A stretch of DNA of 64,000 bases, taken from Octopus bimaculoides. Lineage: Eukaryota. Location: positions 60,853,880 to 60,917,879 of the forward strand of contig NC_068991.1 in NCBI RefSeq assembly GCF_001194135.2, read 5' to 3'. Position numbers and translations under genes: made by a program. Below the pieces are notes generated by a model that had not been told where the DNA came from, did no database searches, and saw only the letters and a list, made by a program, of their open reading frames with translations. Shown piece by piece: positions 50,274-63,374 of the stretch (its first letter is position 1; every line of letters begins with the position of its first letter).

Positions 50274-50482
50274 TACTAGGAGGTGCTGTAAAGTTCTTGG
50301 TTTTGGGTAAAAGAAAACACAGGAGAATTAGTAAATTATAATTTTATTCTACATATTCTTCACACACTTATTGCAGTGGTCTTTCAGTTTTTCTAAGCCC
50401 TGTAAAACAACTTGGAAGATTGGGTCTTCAACCAGGCCTTTCACAATACCCTTAAAGCCAGCAACTTTTCAGCATTCCCTCA
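50274..50482. mobile_element. Second ~210-bp mariner MITE of the same family
   Basis: Collinear with 49776-49995. Right TIR AGCCAGCAACTTTTCAGCATTCCCTCA followed by TA. Confidence 0.75.
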
Positions 50483-50659
50483 TACATACATGTATGTATA
50501 CACATATCATGGGCTGCTTTCAGTTTCTGTCTACAAAATTCACTCACAAGGCTTTGATTGGTTTGGGGTTATAGTAGAAGACACGTGCCCAAGGTACTGA
50601 GCCATGGGACTGAACCTGAGACCACATGGTTAGGAAAGAAGTTTCTTAACCATGACAGA

Positions 50660-51200
50660 GTGTAAATGATTTAAGAGAAAAACTGGGAATAAGAGGCATC
50701 AGATGTTGTGTGCAAGAGAGAAGACGGCACTGGTTTGATCATGTGATGTGATTGGATGAGGACAGCTGCATAAAGAAGTGCTGAGCTCTAATTGTGGAGG
50801 GTACCTGTAGAAGGAGTAGACCCAGGAAGGCGCGGGATGAAGTGGTCAGAAAGGATCTTTGGACGCTGGGCCTCACTGAAGAAATGACAAGGGATTTGCT
50901 GTACTTGATAAGACACATCAAGCTAAGTAAAGCCTTCTACTCATACAGGTCTATCCTTTCAGGTGTTGGTACCACTTAAAAAACACCTGTGCTGGTACTG
51001 TGTTAACGCACCCATGCTAGTAGCATGTAAAAAGCACCCAGCACACTCTGTTAAGTAGCTGGCATTAGGAAGGGCACCCAGCCGTTGAAACCCTACTACA
51101 ACAGATAGTTGGAGTCTGAACAGCTCTCTGCTAGCCAGCTCCATGTCAAACTGTCCAGCTTCTGTCAGTATGCAAAGCAAACATTAAACAATGATGATGA
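50660..51200 (+). mobile_element. RTE LINE 3' fragment (ORF end, 3' UTR, GAT tail)
   Basis: LREKLGIRGIRC.VQERR.HWF.HVM...EG...R.RPRK..DEVVRKDL.TLGLTEEMTRD, followed by the family-C tail. A shorter piece lies at ~49415-49475. Confidence 0.8.
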
Positions 51201-54200
51201 TGACACCTACACCTGTACCTAGTTGTACTTCTTGTAGGCTGGGTTTTAGTTCTGGTCTTTACGGTTTATATACTTGTACCCAGTGGTTCTTTTATGGGCA
51301 CATTTTTCTCTTTCTTGGTTGGAAATCTCATGACCCTAGGGTGAGTTGTGTCACCTTTATATTTCTTGATAATTTCTTCCTTGCCATGGAAGAATGACTG
51401 AACTGTTCACTGGCTCAGAACAGAAGAAAGATAATTTTGCGAAGTGGTAATGCTAGTTTCCTTCACTTAATGGGTGATGTCAGTGTAATATTTGCAAGTA
51501 GCTTCAGCTCTAACATCAATGTTTTTGTTGCTATTGTTGCAGCCTTTGTGTCAGTTGCAAGCGAGATGTTGATTAGCATTCTTGACACTAACTCTCTCCT
51601 TCTGCTTACCTGTGATCTCTCTCTTTCTCTCTCCATCTCTCTCTTTCTCTCTCCATCTCTCTCTTTCTCTCTCCATCTCTCTCTCACGTGATTCCACTTT
51701 GAACATTATGATTCTTTGGCTGAAATCCATTTTTTTTTAAAAGCGAGGGATTGAGTTTTTGTTTTTCTTTTAAGTCACAAAATTTAAATGAGAAGACAAC
51801 CCAGAGGACATTGTCAAAAAAGAGAAAACTGCATCCAAAGCTCTTCATGATTATCAATGAAAAAGTTTAAAAAAAATATCCTCTTTCAGGTAAAAAAAAT
51901 TTTCCAAAACTTATACTGTAGAAATGCAATGCAGCCTCTTCAATAATGATGATGATGATAATAATAATAATAATAATGATGGCATATTTCTTCTTTCCTG
52001 CTTGTCTGCAATAGAATGAATAAATCCTATTAAATGTTTTATTTTTGTTGATCTCACTTTTTTTTGTTCACCTAAATCTTCTTAAATGACAACTATTTCA
52101 AGATCTCAAGCTAAGTCCTAAAAAAATTTCACTGGAAGTCGAGACAGAGACACTTCACACCAGGCAGCAACATTTGCTTCTGTCATGTCTTCATGCAGCA
52201 GAAAAAAAAAAAAAAAAAAAAAATTAAATAATTCTTATACTGATTCTAAGAATCTGTTCTGCTCTTTTTTGCTTTACAAGTGCTAGATTCATTCCCAATA
52301 TAAAGTACTAACTGATATTTGGTTCCTTCTCCACTACCAAAAATTTCAGATCACAACCCTGAGAGAGGTGCCCTTGCACTTGACCTCTTTCAAATGGGGA
52401 AGAATTCTCTGAGGTATCAGTTTTACCACAGAAATAACACTTTGGTCACCTTCATCCAACTAATACACGTTTGCTTGCATGCTTCAGACTGGAAATGGTC
52501 AAACAGATCTTCCATACATACGGGTATGTCCTTTATGGCTATGCTCCCCACTCACTTTCTCAGCCAAGAGGTCCTTGTCTTGTGAGCTTGTGGGTGCTAC
52601 TGCTATGTAAAAATCACCTGTGTCGGTGCCACATAAAATACACCAATTCTGGTGTCACACAAAAAGCACCCATGCTGGTGTCACAAAGAGAGCACCCATG
52701 CCAGTGTCACATATAAAGCAATTGTGCCAGTGCCACGTGTAAATCATCCAGTACACTCTGTTAAATGGTTGGCATCAGGAAGAACATCCAGCTATAGAAA
52801 CCATGCCAAAACAGACGACAGGAGCCTGGTGCAGCTCTCTGGATGGCCAGCTCTTGTCAAATCATCCAACCCATGCCAGCATGGAAAACAGATGTGAAAT
52901 GATGATGAAGATGATGATGATGCCTGTAAGCTCCCCAGATAAAAAAAAACACCTGTGACTTTGGTGGTATTTCTGTTTCCTTTTTCCTTCTGGAGGATGG
53001 ACTTGAGTTCTATTACTTCCCTGTGCAACTCCACTACTGCTGTCACTCCAGCTTGACTACGACATAAAGAGACCTTTCACCAACAACTTCCACACCCTCT
53101 GCTTTTGTGACTACAATCGTTATTAGTCAACATGCATTTTTCTATGCTTGCATGGGTCAAATGGATTTTGTTGAGTCAGATTCTCTATGGCATAGTGCCC
53201 TTCCAGTCACCAACTCTCACCTGTTTCCAAGTAAGGTGAGATTTTCCCATGACCAGAAATGTTGCTGAAGATTAGAAACGAAGGACAATGCTTGCATGAC
53301 AGCAACATATTTTCAACTATAATGCGATGTCAAAGCAAGGAGGGGACAGTAACACACAAACATACACACACACACAAACATACACCCAAACATGCACACA
53401 CGCACAAACATACACCCAAACTTGCACACACACATGCATGCATACATACATACATATGCATGAGAATACATGCATAAAACATTCAAATCTGCACATACAT
53501 ACATACATACATACAAACAAACAAAAATACCCTGTTGTAGATGTTGAAATTCCTGTGAAGAAGCCTTGGGTTTAGGTTAGAAACCGACCCTTTCCCTATT
53601 GGCAAGAAATATTGAAATAAACTGAATGACAGACAAACAGACAGACAGGCAGGCAGGCAGGCAGGCATGCATGCATGCATGCATGCATACATACATACAT
53701 ACATACATACATATGATTAGCTTCTTTCAGGTCCTGTCTATCTGTCTAGCAAATCTACTCACAAGGCCCTTTGGTTGGCTCAGAGCCACAATAGAAGATA
53801 CTTGCCCCAAGGCACCATGCAGTAGGTGTGAACTTGAAACCATGTGGTTGAGAAGCAAACTTCTTACCACATGGCCATGTCTACAGAATTATGGAGAGAA
53901 AGTTTGTTGGTGTCATTAGTTTTTGAAGTGCTGGATACTAGTAAAAGATGAGGTGGACACATCGTCAGTGAGAGTGGACTAAAATGACATATCCTTTAGG
54001 AAATGATTGTGTGACAATCTCTAAAGGGCCACAAAGATTTATTATATATTTGTTTTTTCTCAATAATTAAAATATACCTCACACACACGCGCACGCGCGT
54101 GCGTATTGGATTGTCAGATAACTTTGATTTTGTTTTTATATTTGGCAATGCATTGTCATAACTCTGAAAAGAGGTAAAATTTATACAAATTTCAAAAAAC

Positions 54201-54874
54201 GATAAACACAAGCTACAGAGGAAGAATAGGGCTATGAAAAGGCAAAAAAGAAAAAAAATGAATAAAAAAAGAACAACAGGAAAAAAAAAAAAAGGAAGCA
54301 CTACACAGAAAATATTTTTTGAATTAATTCACCCAACGTTAAGAAAGGATTAAAATGAATGAGAAAATCCGAATGAATCTTTCTGAAAACTAAATATGNN
54401 NNNNNNNNNNNNNNNNNNNNNNNNNNNNNNNNNNNNNNNNNNNNNNNNNNNNNNNNNNNNNNNNNNNNNNNNNNNNNNNNNNNNNNNNNNNNNGAGAGAG
54501 AGAGAGGGGGGAGAGAGAGATGGGGGAGAGAGAGAGAGAGAGAGAGAGACTTTGAGTGGTGGTACCACACACACTGTGTATTGATGTGTGTGGTTGAGTG
54601 TTTTGCAATGCCAAGATTGAGTTTTTCTAAAGACCAGAATCTTTAAGCCATATTCTTTTTTTTTGGCTTCTCTGTTATTAACGAGAAATTTTGCTCTACA
54701 GAACACCTAGATTCTACTTGTGTTTTCTCTCTTCTGTAACTTTCATCTCACATCACAGCCATAACCTAGCCTCTACTTCCACTCCACATAACACAATGTG
54801 CAAACATTAATAAAAGCAACAGCACAGATTGACAATATTCTAAAGAACCAAAATAGACAAAAGACTGCACCTAC

Positions 54875-55138
54875 ATTCCTTTCCACGTTTATAATAATCA
54901 GGACTCCAGCGAAGTGATTCAGAAACTTTCCTATCCTTTTTGAAAACCATCCATGGCCTTTCCACAAGATACTTCAGTTTCTGATAATATGTTTCCTCAT
55001 CCATGCGTACAAACTCAATAGCTTCCTTGCATATGTTCGTCGTGTGCCTCTGAAGTATCTTCAAACGGCTGAGGAGCGAAGGAGAGATATGATTCAGCTG
55101 ACCATTATCCTGCTCAGACACTATCAGCAGCAGTTGAC
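54875..55138 (-). CDS. C16orf89: UPF0764/C16orf89-family protein, first recognisable internal coding exon (264 nt, phase 1-1)
   Basis: Acceptor tttatttccag|GT at 55139 and donor GAAT|gtaggt at 54874. Translates (G)QLL...SRLKILQRHTTNICKEAIEFVRMDEETYYQKLKYLVERPW, which aligns from memory with human EQL...LEAAIQRSLHYLKLSDPKYLREFQLTLQPGFW. The frame joins the next exon. The donor choice is slightly less certain because an in-phase weaker GT lies 9 nt earlier. Confidence 0.85.
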
Positions 55139-55413
55139 CTGGAAATAAATATAAAAAGGTTTTGTAATTTTGGAACAACTTATAAATTGTCTCAAACTAT
55201 TTTAATCAATCACTTCAAATCATTACTTCAAAATAATTTCCAAATCCAAATACAGTTTCTAAAAAATCGTCATCATCATAATTGTCATTATTTAAAGTCC
55301 ATTTTTCCATGTTGGAATGAGTCAGATGGTTTGGCAGGAACTGGTGACTCAAAGCTCCAATGTCTGCTTTGGCATGATGTCTACAAATGAATGCCCATCC
55401 TAATGTCGACAAC

Positions 55414-55634
55414 TTGAATCCTTTAGCATTCAGATTACTCAGTCAGATACAATATTTATTTACTCAATTTTGAATTAATCTTGTATTATCTCATAACTTT
55501 GAGATTTCAATGATGTGTTTATTTTTAGAATGGCATTGTAGGATAGGTGTGAGAGGCCAAATATGGTCACTTTGGACATAAAATAGGTAATATATTTGGG
55601 CCAGATATGGCTAGTTTAAATGTTAAAGGGTTAA
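55414..55634. mobile_element. piggyBac-like MITE copy
   Basis: CCTTTAGCATTCAGATT start and AATGTTAAAGGGTTAA end. Confidence 0.75.
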
Positions 55635-56537
55635 GTACTGGGTGCTTTTTATGTGGCACCAGCATTGGTGAGGTCACCAAGTAACTTGCAAGACAAAGAC
55701 ACCCTTAAATGCGTGGAGAGTAATATTGAGAGATGTGGCTTTATGCCAGATGACGAGAGTTTAACGTATGGCAGAGGGACAGGAATAGGTGTCTTGCTGT
55801 AGAAGAGATACATGGTTACCCCAGCTGAGAAAAAAGAGGAGATGGTGGTGAAAATGTACCAGGGTGTACCCCCAAGCTATCAGTTTGAGAGAAAAAAATG
55901 TACAGATGGGATGTCATAGCTGGAATGCTTTTTACTATACATACATTCTGTTGAACAAGATAGACTTAGGCTAACTGATAACATTACACACACATATTCA
56001 ACACCTCAAAAATGTATAATATGTTTCGTTCTAATTTTGGCACAGGGCCAGTAATTTCGAGAGGAGGGGACAAGTCAGTTACATCGACCCCCAGGACTTG
56101 ACTGGTATCTTATTTTATTGATTCTAAAAGGATGAAAGGCAAAGATGACCCCAACAAGATTTGAACTCAAAATGTAAAGAGCCAGAAGAAATGATGTTAA
56201 ATCTTGTGTCCAATGTGCTGACCATTTTGCTATTTCACTGCCTTAGAAAAACAAATGGCTTTGCTTTTACAGTACTTAGATGGGTGACCACAAATATTAG
56301 GTTCAATGTTGCTTAACTTCAGTGATCAGGCAAGAACTGGTGTTTTCATTGTGATGTGGCCTACATAATGAAAACACCACAAATACAATACAGACACAAT
56401 CACAGACATAACTGTAACACAACAAAAATACTAGACACACAATGCAACAGAATACACAACACCATACATACAATCATAACACCAGAAGTGCAGGATAAAT
56501 ACAATCTCTCTGCCTCTCACACTGTTTCTGCTTCTCT

Positions 56538-56574
<37 letters not shown>

Positions 56575-56677
56575 ACATACACAACCATTATACAATACAC
56601 ACAAACACACAACCAGAAATATACTATAAACACANNNNNNNNNNNNNNNNNNNNNNNNNNNNNNNNNNNNNNNNNNN

Positions 56678-56722
<45 letters not shown>

Positions 56723-57899
56723 ACTACAAATGTAACACAATCATAGCACCACACCTATACTCAATCACGACCATACTACATCATACACACTGTCACAAAC
56801 CACACCAATACAGAAACACACACACTCACACAGAGGAAACACAATGTTTATTAGTTGTTGTTGTTGGGTTCTTTTCATTTATTTATTCAGTTCTGAGTTA
56901 ATTGGTGATTGTAAGTGAAGTAGAGAGGGAAGTCAAATGGAATGGTCTTAAAGACTTGACATAAACTAAAAATAACACAAGGGAACAACAACATGGAGGA
57001 AATGATATGATAATATAAGTGTTTGAACGAGCTGTACTTTTAATTATTTACATCTATATTTAAGACATGAATGTAATTAAACAATTCTGATATTTTAACA
57101 ACAGGATGATCTAAAAGGTTCTGATTTCATCAAATACATAGTACAGTATTCTTTTAATTTTGGTTTCAAAATTTGGCACAAAACCAGTAATTTTGAGGGA
57201 GTTGGGTAAAATGATTAAATCGATCCCAGAGCTCAACTGGTATTTTTTTTTATTGACTCTGAAAGGATGAAAGGTAAAGTTGACCTTGATGGAAAATAAA
57301 CTCAGAATGTAAAGATGGCTGAAACGCTGCTGAGCATTTTGTCTTGCATGCTAATAATTCTGCCAGCTTGCTCTTCTTTTAATATAACTAGCTTTAACAA
57401 CTAACTTTTAATAAAATTTTGACTGAAGGAAGCTGTGCGTGTCAGCTAAGAAGAAGTGACATTCTATCAAATTTAGAGATACAGCGCAAATTCTTTTGGT
57501 GGTCTTTGTGACCAAGTTGTATACGCTGTGGTTCAGCGACATAAGATCATTGAAACGCTCAGAGCTCAATCCCCACCAAAGGCAGTATTTCGAAAACAAC
57601 AAGAAGACACCTAAGATTTACGACCTAGGTAGGCCTGGATCCCTTAAAGTGTCAAGAACAAACAGGCTGAAACACTTGCATGAAAGGAGTTCTTCCCCTG
57701 AAGATTTCTCTTGCTGTCCACTCATCCCATAGCAAGTTTCTACTTACAACTTTGAGCCAGTTCACCTAACATATTTGACCACATTCAAAAGACACTCTTG
57801 CACTCTCTCTCTCTCTCTCTCTCTCTCTTCTGACAAAACTACAAATCCTGATTTATTATGTCTACTGCCATTATCCTGCTTCGTTTATATTCATTAGTG

Positions 57900-58520
57900 A
57901 AGGCATGTAATTTAGTAGTTACGGTATTCAGTTTACAATCATAAGGTTCAATTCTCAGTGCTGTATTGTGTCCTTGAGCAAGATAGATTTTTTCACATTA
58001 CTCCAATTCACTCAGCTGGCAAAAGTGAATAGCACCTGTATTTCAAAGGACCAGCCTTGTCATATTCTGTATCAAGATGAGTCTTAGAGAGATTTATGCA
58101 GTAGTGATACGATCAAGTAGTTGTATGCTGTCAACTTAATGTGACAGTCCCCTGAAAGGAATAATACTACTGTTGGTTAGACCTAGGAAGCTGCACTGCT
58201 TCCTGTTGGCCTTGACACATTTCCTGTGTCCTTATATTTGTCTCCCCCTTGTAAACATAAGGACACAGGAAATGTGTCAAGGCCGACAGGAAGCAGTGCA
58301 GCTTCCTAGGTCTAACCAACAGTAGTATTATTCCCTTCAGGTGACTGTCACATTAAGTTGACAGCATACAACTACTTCAAGATGAATCTTCCTGAGAACT
58401 ATGTTAAACAGTATGCATGTCTGTGGAGTGCTCAGCCACCTGTTTGTTAATTTCACAAGCAGGCTGTTCTGCTGATCGAATCAAATAGAGCTCTTGTCAT
58501 TGTAACTGATAGAGTTGCAG
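57900..58520 (+). mobile_element. Family-E SINE interrupted by a fold-back insertion
   Basis: The head and body at 57900-58080 resume at 58378 (GATGAATCTTCCTGAGAACT). Homologous to 24512-24783. Confidence 0.7.
58115..58377. repeat. Near-perfect inverted repeat (~121-bp arms, ~21-bp loop)
   Basis: Arms 58115-58235 and 58257-58377 differ at 3 positions by eye. Confidence 0.95.
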
Positions 58521-59611
58521 TTATATTCACTGAAATGTATTCTTTTCTGAACTTATCCATGTCAAACCTTACTCTGCCAAAAGTGCCAGCGTCTTTTGTT
58601 CTTTCACTAAACTCCACACCGAATACTGTAGGTTGTCACATGTGGAACTCCCTTTCTATATATTCCTTCTCAGTTATTAACCAGCAGCTTTGAAGCATCA
58701 TGTTAATCACACAAAGATATGAGATGTTTTGGTGCTACTTATTTGGCATTGCTGATTTGATGATGACTTATTTGCCATTAGACGTTTTAATGTTTCTTTT
58801 GGTCTTTTTTATGTGTGTAAGCATCAACTTATGTCTGTATATATGTGTAATATCTTTTTTTATCTGTATGTATATATTTCTGCACATGCATACGTATGTG
58901 TGTCTCTGCCTCCAGCACCAAAACATACTGGTGTCAAAACAAGTTGAATGTCAAGTCAGCCAAACAGCTGTGCCCAATTGTCTCATTCTGACCACACAGA
59001 TATATGTGCTATTACTATTAAAGCTACTAGTCTTAAGATGGTAAGCTTATAGAATTATTATCATAAAGCTTAGAGGCATTTTGTCTGACTTTATGTTCTG
59101 TGTTCAAATTCCACTTAAGTCAACTTTGTCTTTCATCCTTTTGGGGTTGATAAAATAAGTACCAGTTGTGCACTGGGGTTGATGTAATTGACTTATCTCC
59201 TCTTCTGAAATTGCTGGCATTGTGCCAAAATTTGAAATCATTGTTATTATTCTAAAAAGCTCTATACTAAACAATACTTATTGATTTTTAGCCATTTACA
59301 TAGGGTCACAAATTTCAGGGGTGGGAACTGTCAGTTATATCAACGTCCACACTACTTGGCTGATATTTTATTTTATCGACCTTGAAGTAATGAAAATAAG
59401 TTTGACCTTGCCAAGATTTGATCTCAGCATAATTAAGTAATACTCCTAGCTCTGATTGAACAGATTTTGGCAACATAAAGAACTTGTATCAAATTAATAG
59501 CATTGTTTTAGTTTCCAATCATCTAAACCAATACAACAATACAAATTCTATTGATTTCAGAGCAGTGTTGTACTATCATTTCAGTGTTCTAAGGTTCTAA
59601 AAATCTGACAT

Positions 59612-59775
59612 AGGAGTGGCTGTGTGGTAAGTAGCTTGCTTACCAACCACATGGTTCCAAGTTCAGTCCCACTGCGTGGCACCTTGGGCAAGTGTCTTCT
59701 ACTATAGCCTCGGACCAACTAAAGACTTGTGAGTGGATTTGGTAGACAGAAACTGAAAGAAGCCTGTCGTATATA

Positions 59776-59817
<42 letters not shown>

Positions 59818-59995
59818 TGTCTGTGTTTGTCCCTCCCAACATCGCTTGACAACCAATGCTAGTGTGTTTACATCCCCCGTAACTTAGCGGTTCGGCAAAA
59901 GAGACCGGTAGAATGAGTACTTGGCTTACAAAGAATAAGTCCTGGGGTCGATTTGTTCGACTAAAGGCAGTGCTCCAGCATGACCACAGTCAAAT
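59612..59995 (+). mobile_element. Well-preserved full-length family-B SINE
   Basis: GGAGTGGCTGTGTGGTAAGTAGCTTGCTTACCAACCACATGGTTCC.GTTCAGTCCC head, central microsatellite, and complete 3' body. Confidence 0.9.
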
Positions 59996-61239
59996 AGACA
60001 CAGTCAACATGTAAAAGAGATATTTTTCAGTGTGCATAGTTTTATACATACATACATAAATGTATGGATATGTGCCAATGCCATGTAAAGAGTACCTGTT
60101 CCTGTTCCTGTGCCACATGAAAAAGTACCCATGCCAGCACTACATGAAAAAATACTAATGCTGGCGCCATGTAAAGAGAACCCAGTACACTCTGTAAAGT
60201 GGTTGGTGTTAAGAAGGACATTCAACTCTATAAACCATGCCAAAACAGATGACTGGAGCATTAAATGATGATGATGATGATGATATGTATATACACACAC
60301 ACACACACACACACACATACACATACACACACACAGGCACAGGCATGGCTTATGGGCATAGGTGTGGCTGTGTGGCTCAGAAGCTTGCTTCCCAAACACA
60401 TGATTTCAGGTTCAGTCCCACTGCAAGGTACCATGGCCAAGCGTTTTGTACTATAATTCCAGGTTGACCAAAGCTGTGTGGGTGGATTTGAGAGATTGAA
60501 ACTGAAAGGAACTCAACATATATGTATAGATATTGTGTATGTGTGTGTGTGTGTTCATGCATATAAACACACACACACACACACATTGACTGCTAAATCC
60601 ACAAGTCTTTTTTTTATTCTCTTGCTGCTTATTTCCTCATGTTCCTTTCTGTTGAAGAGCATAGGCTCAAAATGTAAAAGACTTTCTCACCTTCCCGAAC
60701 ATCAAACTAATACACCTGCTTGTTGTTTATACACCTATCTTCGTCTTTTGCTTTTCTGTAAATTTCAATTATTTATATGTATAGGCAGAGAGACAGATAG
60801 ATAGATAGCTATAGATATACATATATATTTATATATGCATGTGCAAATGAGTGTCATTCTTTTGCAATATTTTGCCAAAACCTGTTGAGTCACAGGGGAA
60901 TCTTACCTTGTTCAGAAATAGGTAAGGGTTGGTAACAGGAAGGGCATCCAGCCACAGAAGATTTGTCTCAATAAATACCACTTGACTCTTACAAGTATAG
61001 AAAAGTGGACCATTAAAATGATGATGGTGTTGATGATAGTTAAACAGAATACTTGATTCCACACAGCTGTTGGAAATAGGGACCAAATCACGAGGGATTA
61101 TTGCAATGGAGAGTGCTCAGTAGAGCATCTTCATAGACTCATTAAGGATTTTTTTTGTGGTAAACCCTTTGCTTCTCAATTATATGGTCTCAGGTTCAGT
61201 CCCATTGTGTAGCACCATGGGCAAGTGTTATCTGCTATA

Positions 61240-61347
61240 GCCTTGGGCTGACAAAAGCCTTGGGCTGACAAAAGCCTTGGGCTGACAAAAGCCTTGGGCT
61301 GACAAAAGCCTTGGGCTGACAAAAGCCTTGGGCTGACAAAAGCCTTG
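61240..61347. repeat. Perfect 17-bp VNTR (6 units plus a partial) inside a family-B SINE
   Basis: (GCCTTGGGCTGACAAAA)6 followed by GCCTTG. Confidence 0.95.
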
Positions 61348-62688
61348 AGAGTGGATTTGGTAGATGAAAGCTGAAAGAAGTCTATCATGTGTGTGTGTGN
61401 NNNNNNNNNNNNNNNNNNNNNNNNNNNNNNNNNNNNNNNNNNNNNNNNNNNNNNNNNNNNNNNNNNNNNNNNNNNNNNNNNNNNNNNNNNNNNNNNNNNN
61501 NNNNNNNNNNNNNNNNNNNNNNNNNNNNNNNNNNNNNNNNNCCCCAGCATGGCCATCGTCTAAAGACTGAAAGAAGTAAAAGATAAACCAATATTCTTAA
61601 TTTTAAATGTAGCATTTTTCATATAAGCTTGGTGTCTCTTGTTTGGAAATCTTCCTAACCATTCTAGTTATCTACACTGGAAAAAAAAAATCTTAAGATT
61701 TATTTAAAAAGTGTTTGTACTGGTTCAAAGAATTTGGTTTCTATTCTTGAGAGACTAGATGTAATCATGATCTAACCGAATATTTAAAATGAAATTGTGC
61801 AAAACACATTCTCAGCAAATACTAAATAAACCAAGATTTCAATTATAGGGAATCAATTGAAAAAAAAAAAAAAGTAAAAAAAGAAAAAGAAACTGAAGCG
61901 AATGCATTTTAGTTTGAAATTGATATTACGATCAGGGTGCAATAAGATGGAGAAGAGGAGATATTAAAGAAACCAGTTTCCAATGTATGATGATAATAAT
62001 TAATCAAGACTGAACTAATTCCATCTATTTAAAGAGACAGCAAATGTCAACAAAGAATTCGGTTCGGAATAATTAAAATTGAGTAATTATCAGACCAATA
62101 GCTGGATCATTTTAACAGAAACTTGATGACTCCTGTGGCTTTGCAAAATGATAAAGTACAATTCCAGAAAAACAGTAATAGCAGTGGGAAGCGGGGGTGG
62201 GTTGTGACAGGGAGGGAGTCATCATCACTGCCCCCACCCCCAGCATTTTTGTCTGTATAAGCAGAAGCGTTGCTTGATTTAGTGAATTCAAAGAAAATTG
62301 TAGGACAGAATATTTGGATTCCCCCCACCACCACCACTCCCACTCCCACCCAATTACTTTATCAGCCAAGTGCTAATGATTTAACAATGCATCCTATTTC
62401 TTTTACCAGATCTCAAGATTTTTCTTGAGAGATTCTTTATTGATTTTACAAGAAAAATGTTGAGCTGGGTGGTGGATGGGGCCGGGTTGAGGGACAAGGA
62501 AAGAAAAAAAACAAAGTGAAAAGCTGTGAAAAATGGATCGTTTATCAATAATAACATTGTAAAAGTTAATTATTCTGTATTAACTTCTTGAGGCAATTCC
62601 TTACTTGACTCAATAGCATTAAGCAAGAAGGCACAGAAGTTTTCTTGATCATACAATATATAAAACCAAACATAATATAATGCATCAG

Positions 62689-62733
<45 letters not shown>

Positions 62734-62769
62734 CATTGTCATTATTATCTCTACCATTATTATTATTAC

Positions 62770-62859
<90 letters not shown>

Positions 62860-62899
62860 GATTATTATTATCATCATCATCATTGTAATTATTATTATT

Positions 62900-63085
62900 A
62901 AGGCAGTGAGCTGGCAAAATCGTTAGCACACTGGGTGAAATGTTTGGCAGTATGTCATCTGTCACTATGCACTAGGTTCAAATTCTGCTGAGGTTGACTT
63001 TGCCTTTCATCCTTTCAGGGTCAATGAAAATTGATTACTCCACCTCTCTCAATTTCAGGCCTTGTGCCTATAGTAGAAAGGATTA

Positions 63086-63124
<39 letters not shown>

Positions 63125-63330
63125 GGAGGCAAGCTGCCAGAATTGTTAGCCCAGTGGGCATAATGCTTGGCAACATTTCGCCTGTCTTTACATTCTGAGT
63201 TCAAACTCTGCTGAGGTCAGCTTTGCCTGTCATCCTTCCAGGATTGATAAAGTAAGTACCAGTTGAGCACTGGGGTCATTGACTACTTCTCTCCCACCAT
63301 ATTCCAGGCCTTGTGTCTATAGTAGAAAGG

Positions 63331-63374
<44 letters not shown>

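Larger units (their letters stand above)
668..61541. other. Assembly gaps: 668-829, 13543-13923, 16278-16802, 18388-18445, 20968-20977, 41352-41609, 50102-50264, 54399-54493, 56635-56677, 61400-61541
   Basis: Runs of N, mostly abutting (TA)n, (CA)n, (GA)n or (GATA)n tracts, as is typical of short-read scaffolds. Confidence 0.98.

Noticed and set aside
51200-51600. Long minus-strand frame with few stops
   Set aside because: No recognisable domain, and it does not fit the phase or homology of the C16orf89 exon chain.
52300-52560. Minus-strand ...PKCYFCG... resembling a LINE ORF1 zinc knuckle (similar hints at 58560-58700)
   Set aside because: It needs several frameshifts and the CCHC motif is incomplete, so it is not supportable by eye.
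59612-59690. tRNA-like sequences at SINE heads
   Set aside because: They have A/B boxes but run straight into SINE bodies without a complete cloverleaf, so they are SINEs and not tRNA genes.
62404-62700. Possible first exon of the gene (phase-1 donors near 62406 and 62594)
   Set aside because: Translations lack a signal peptide and the NLDG family motif.
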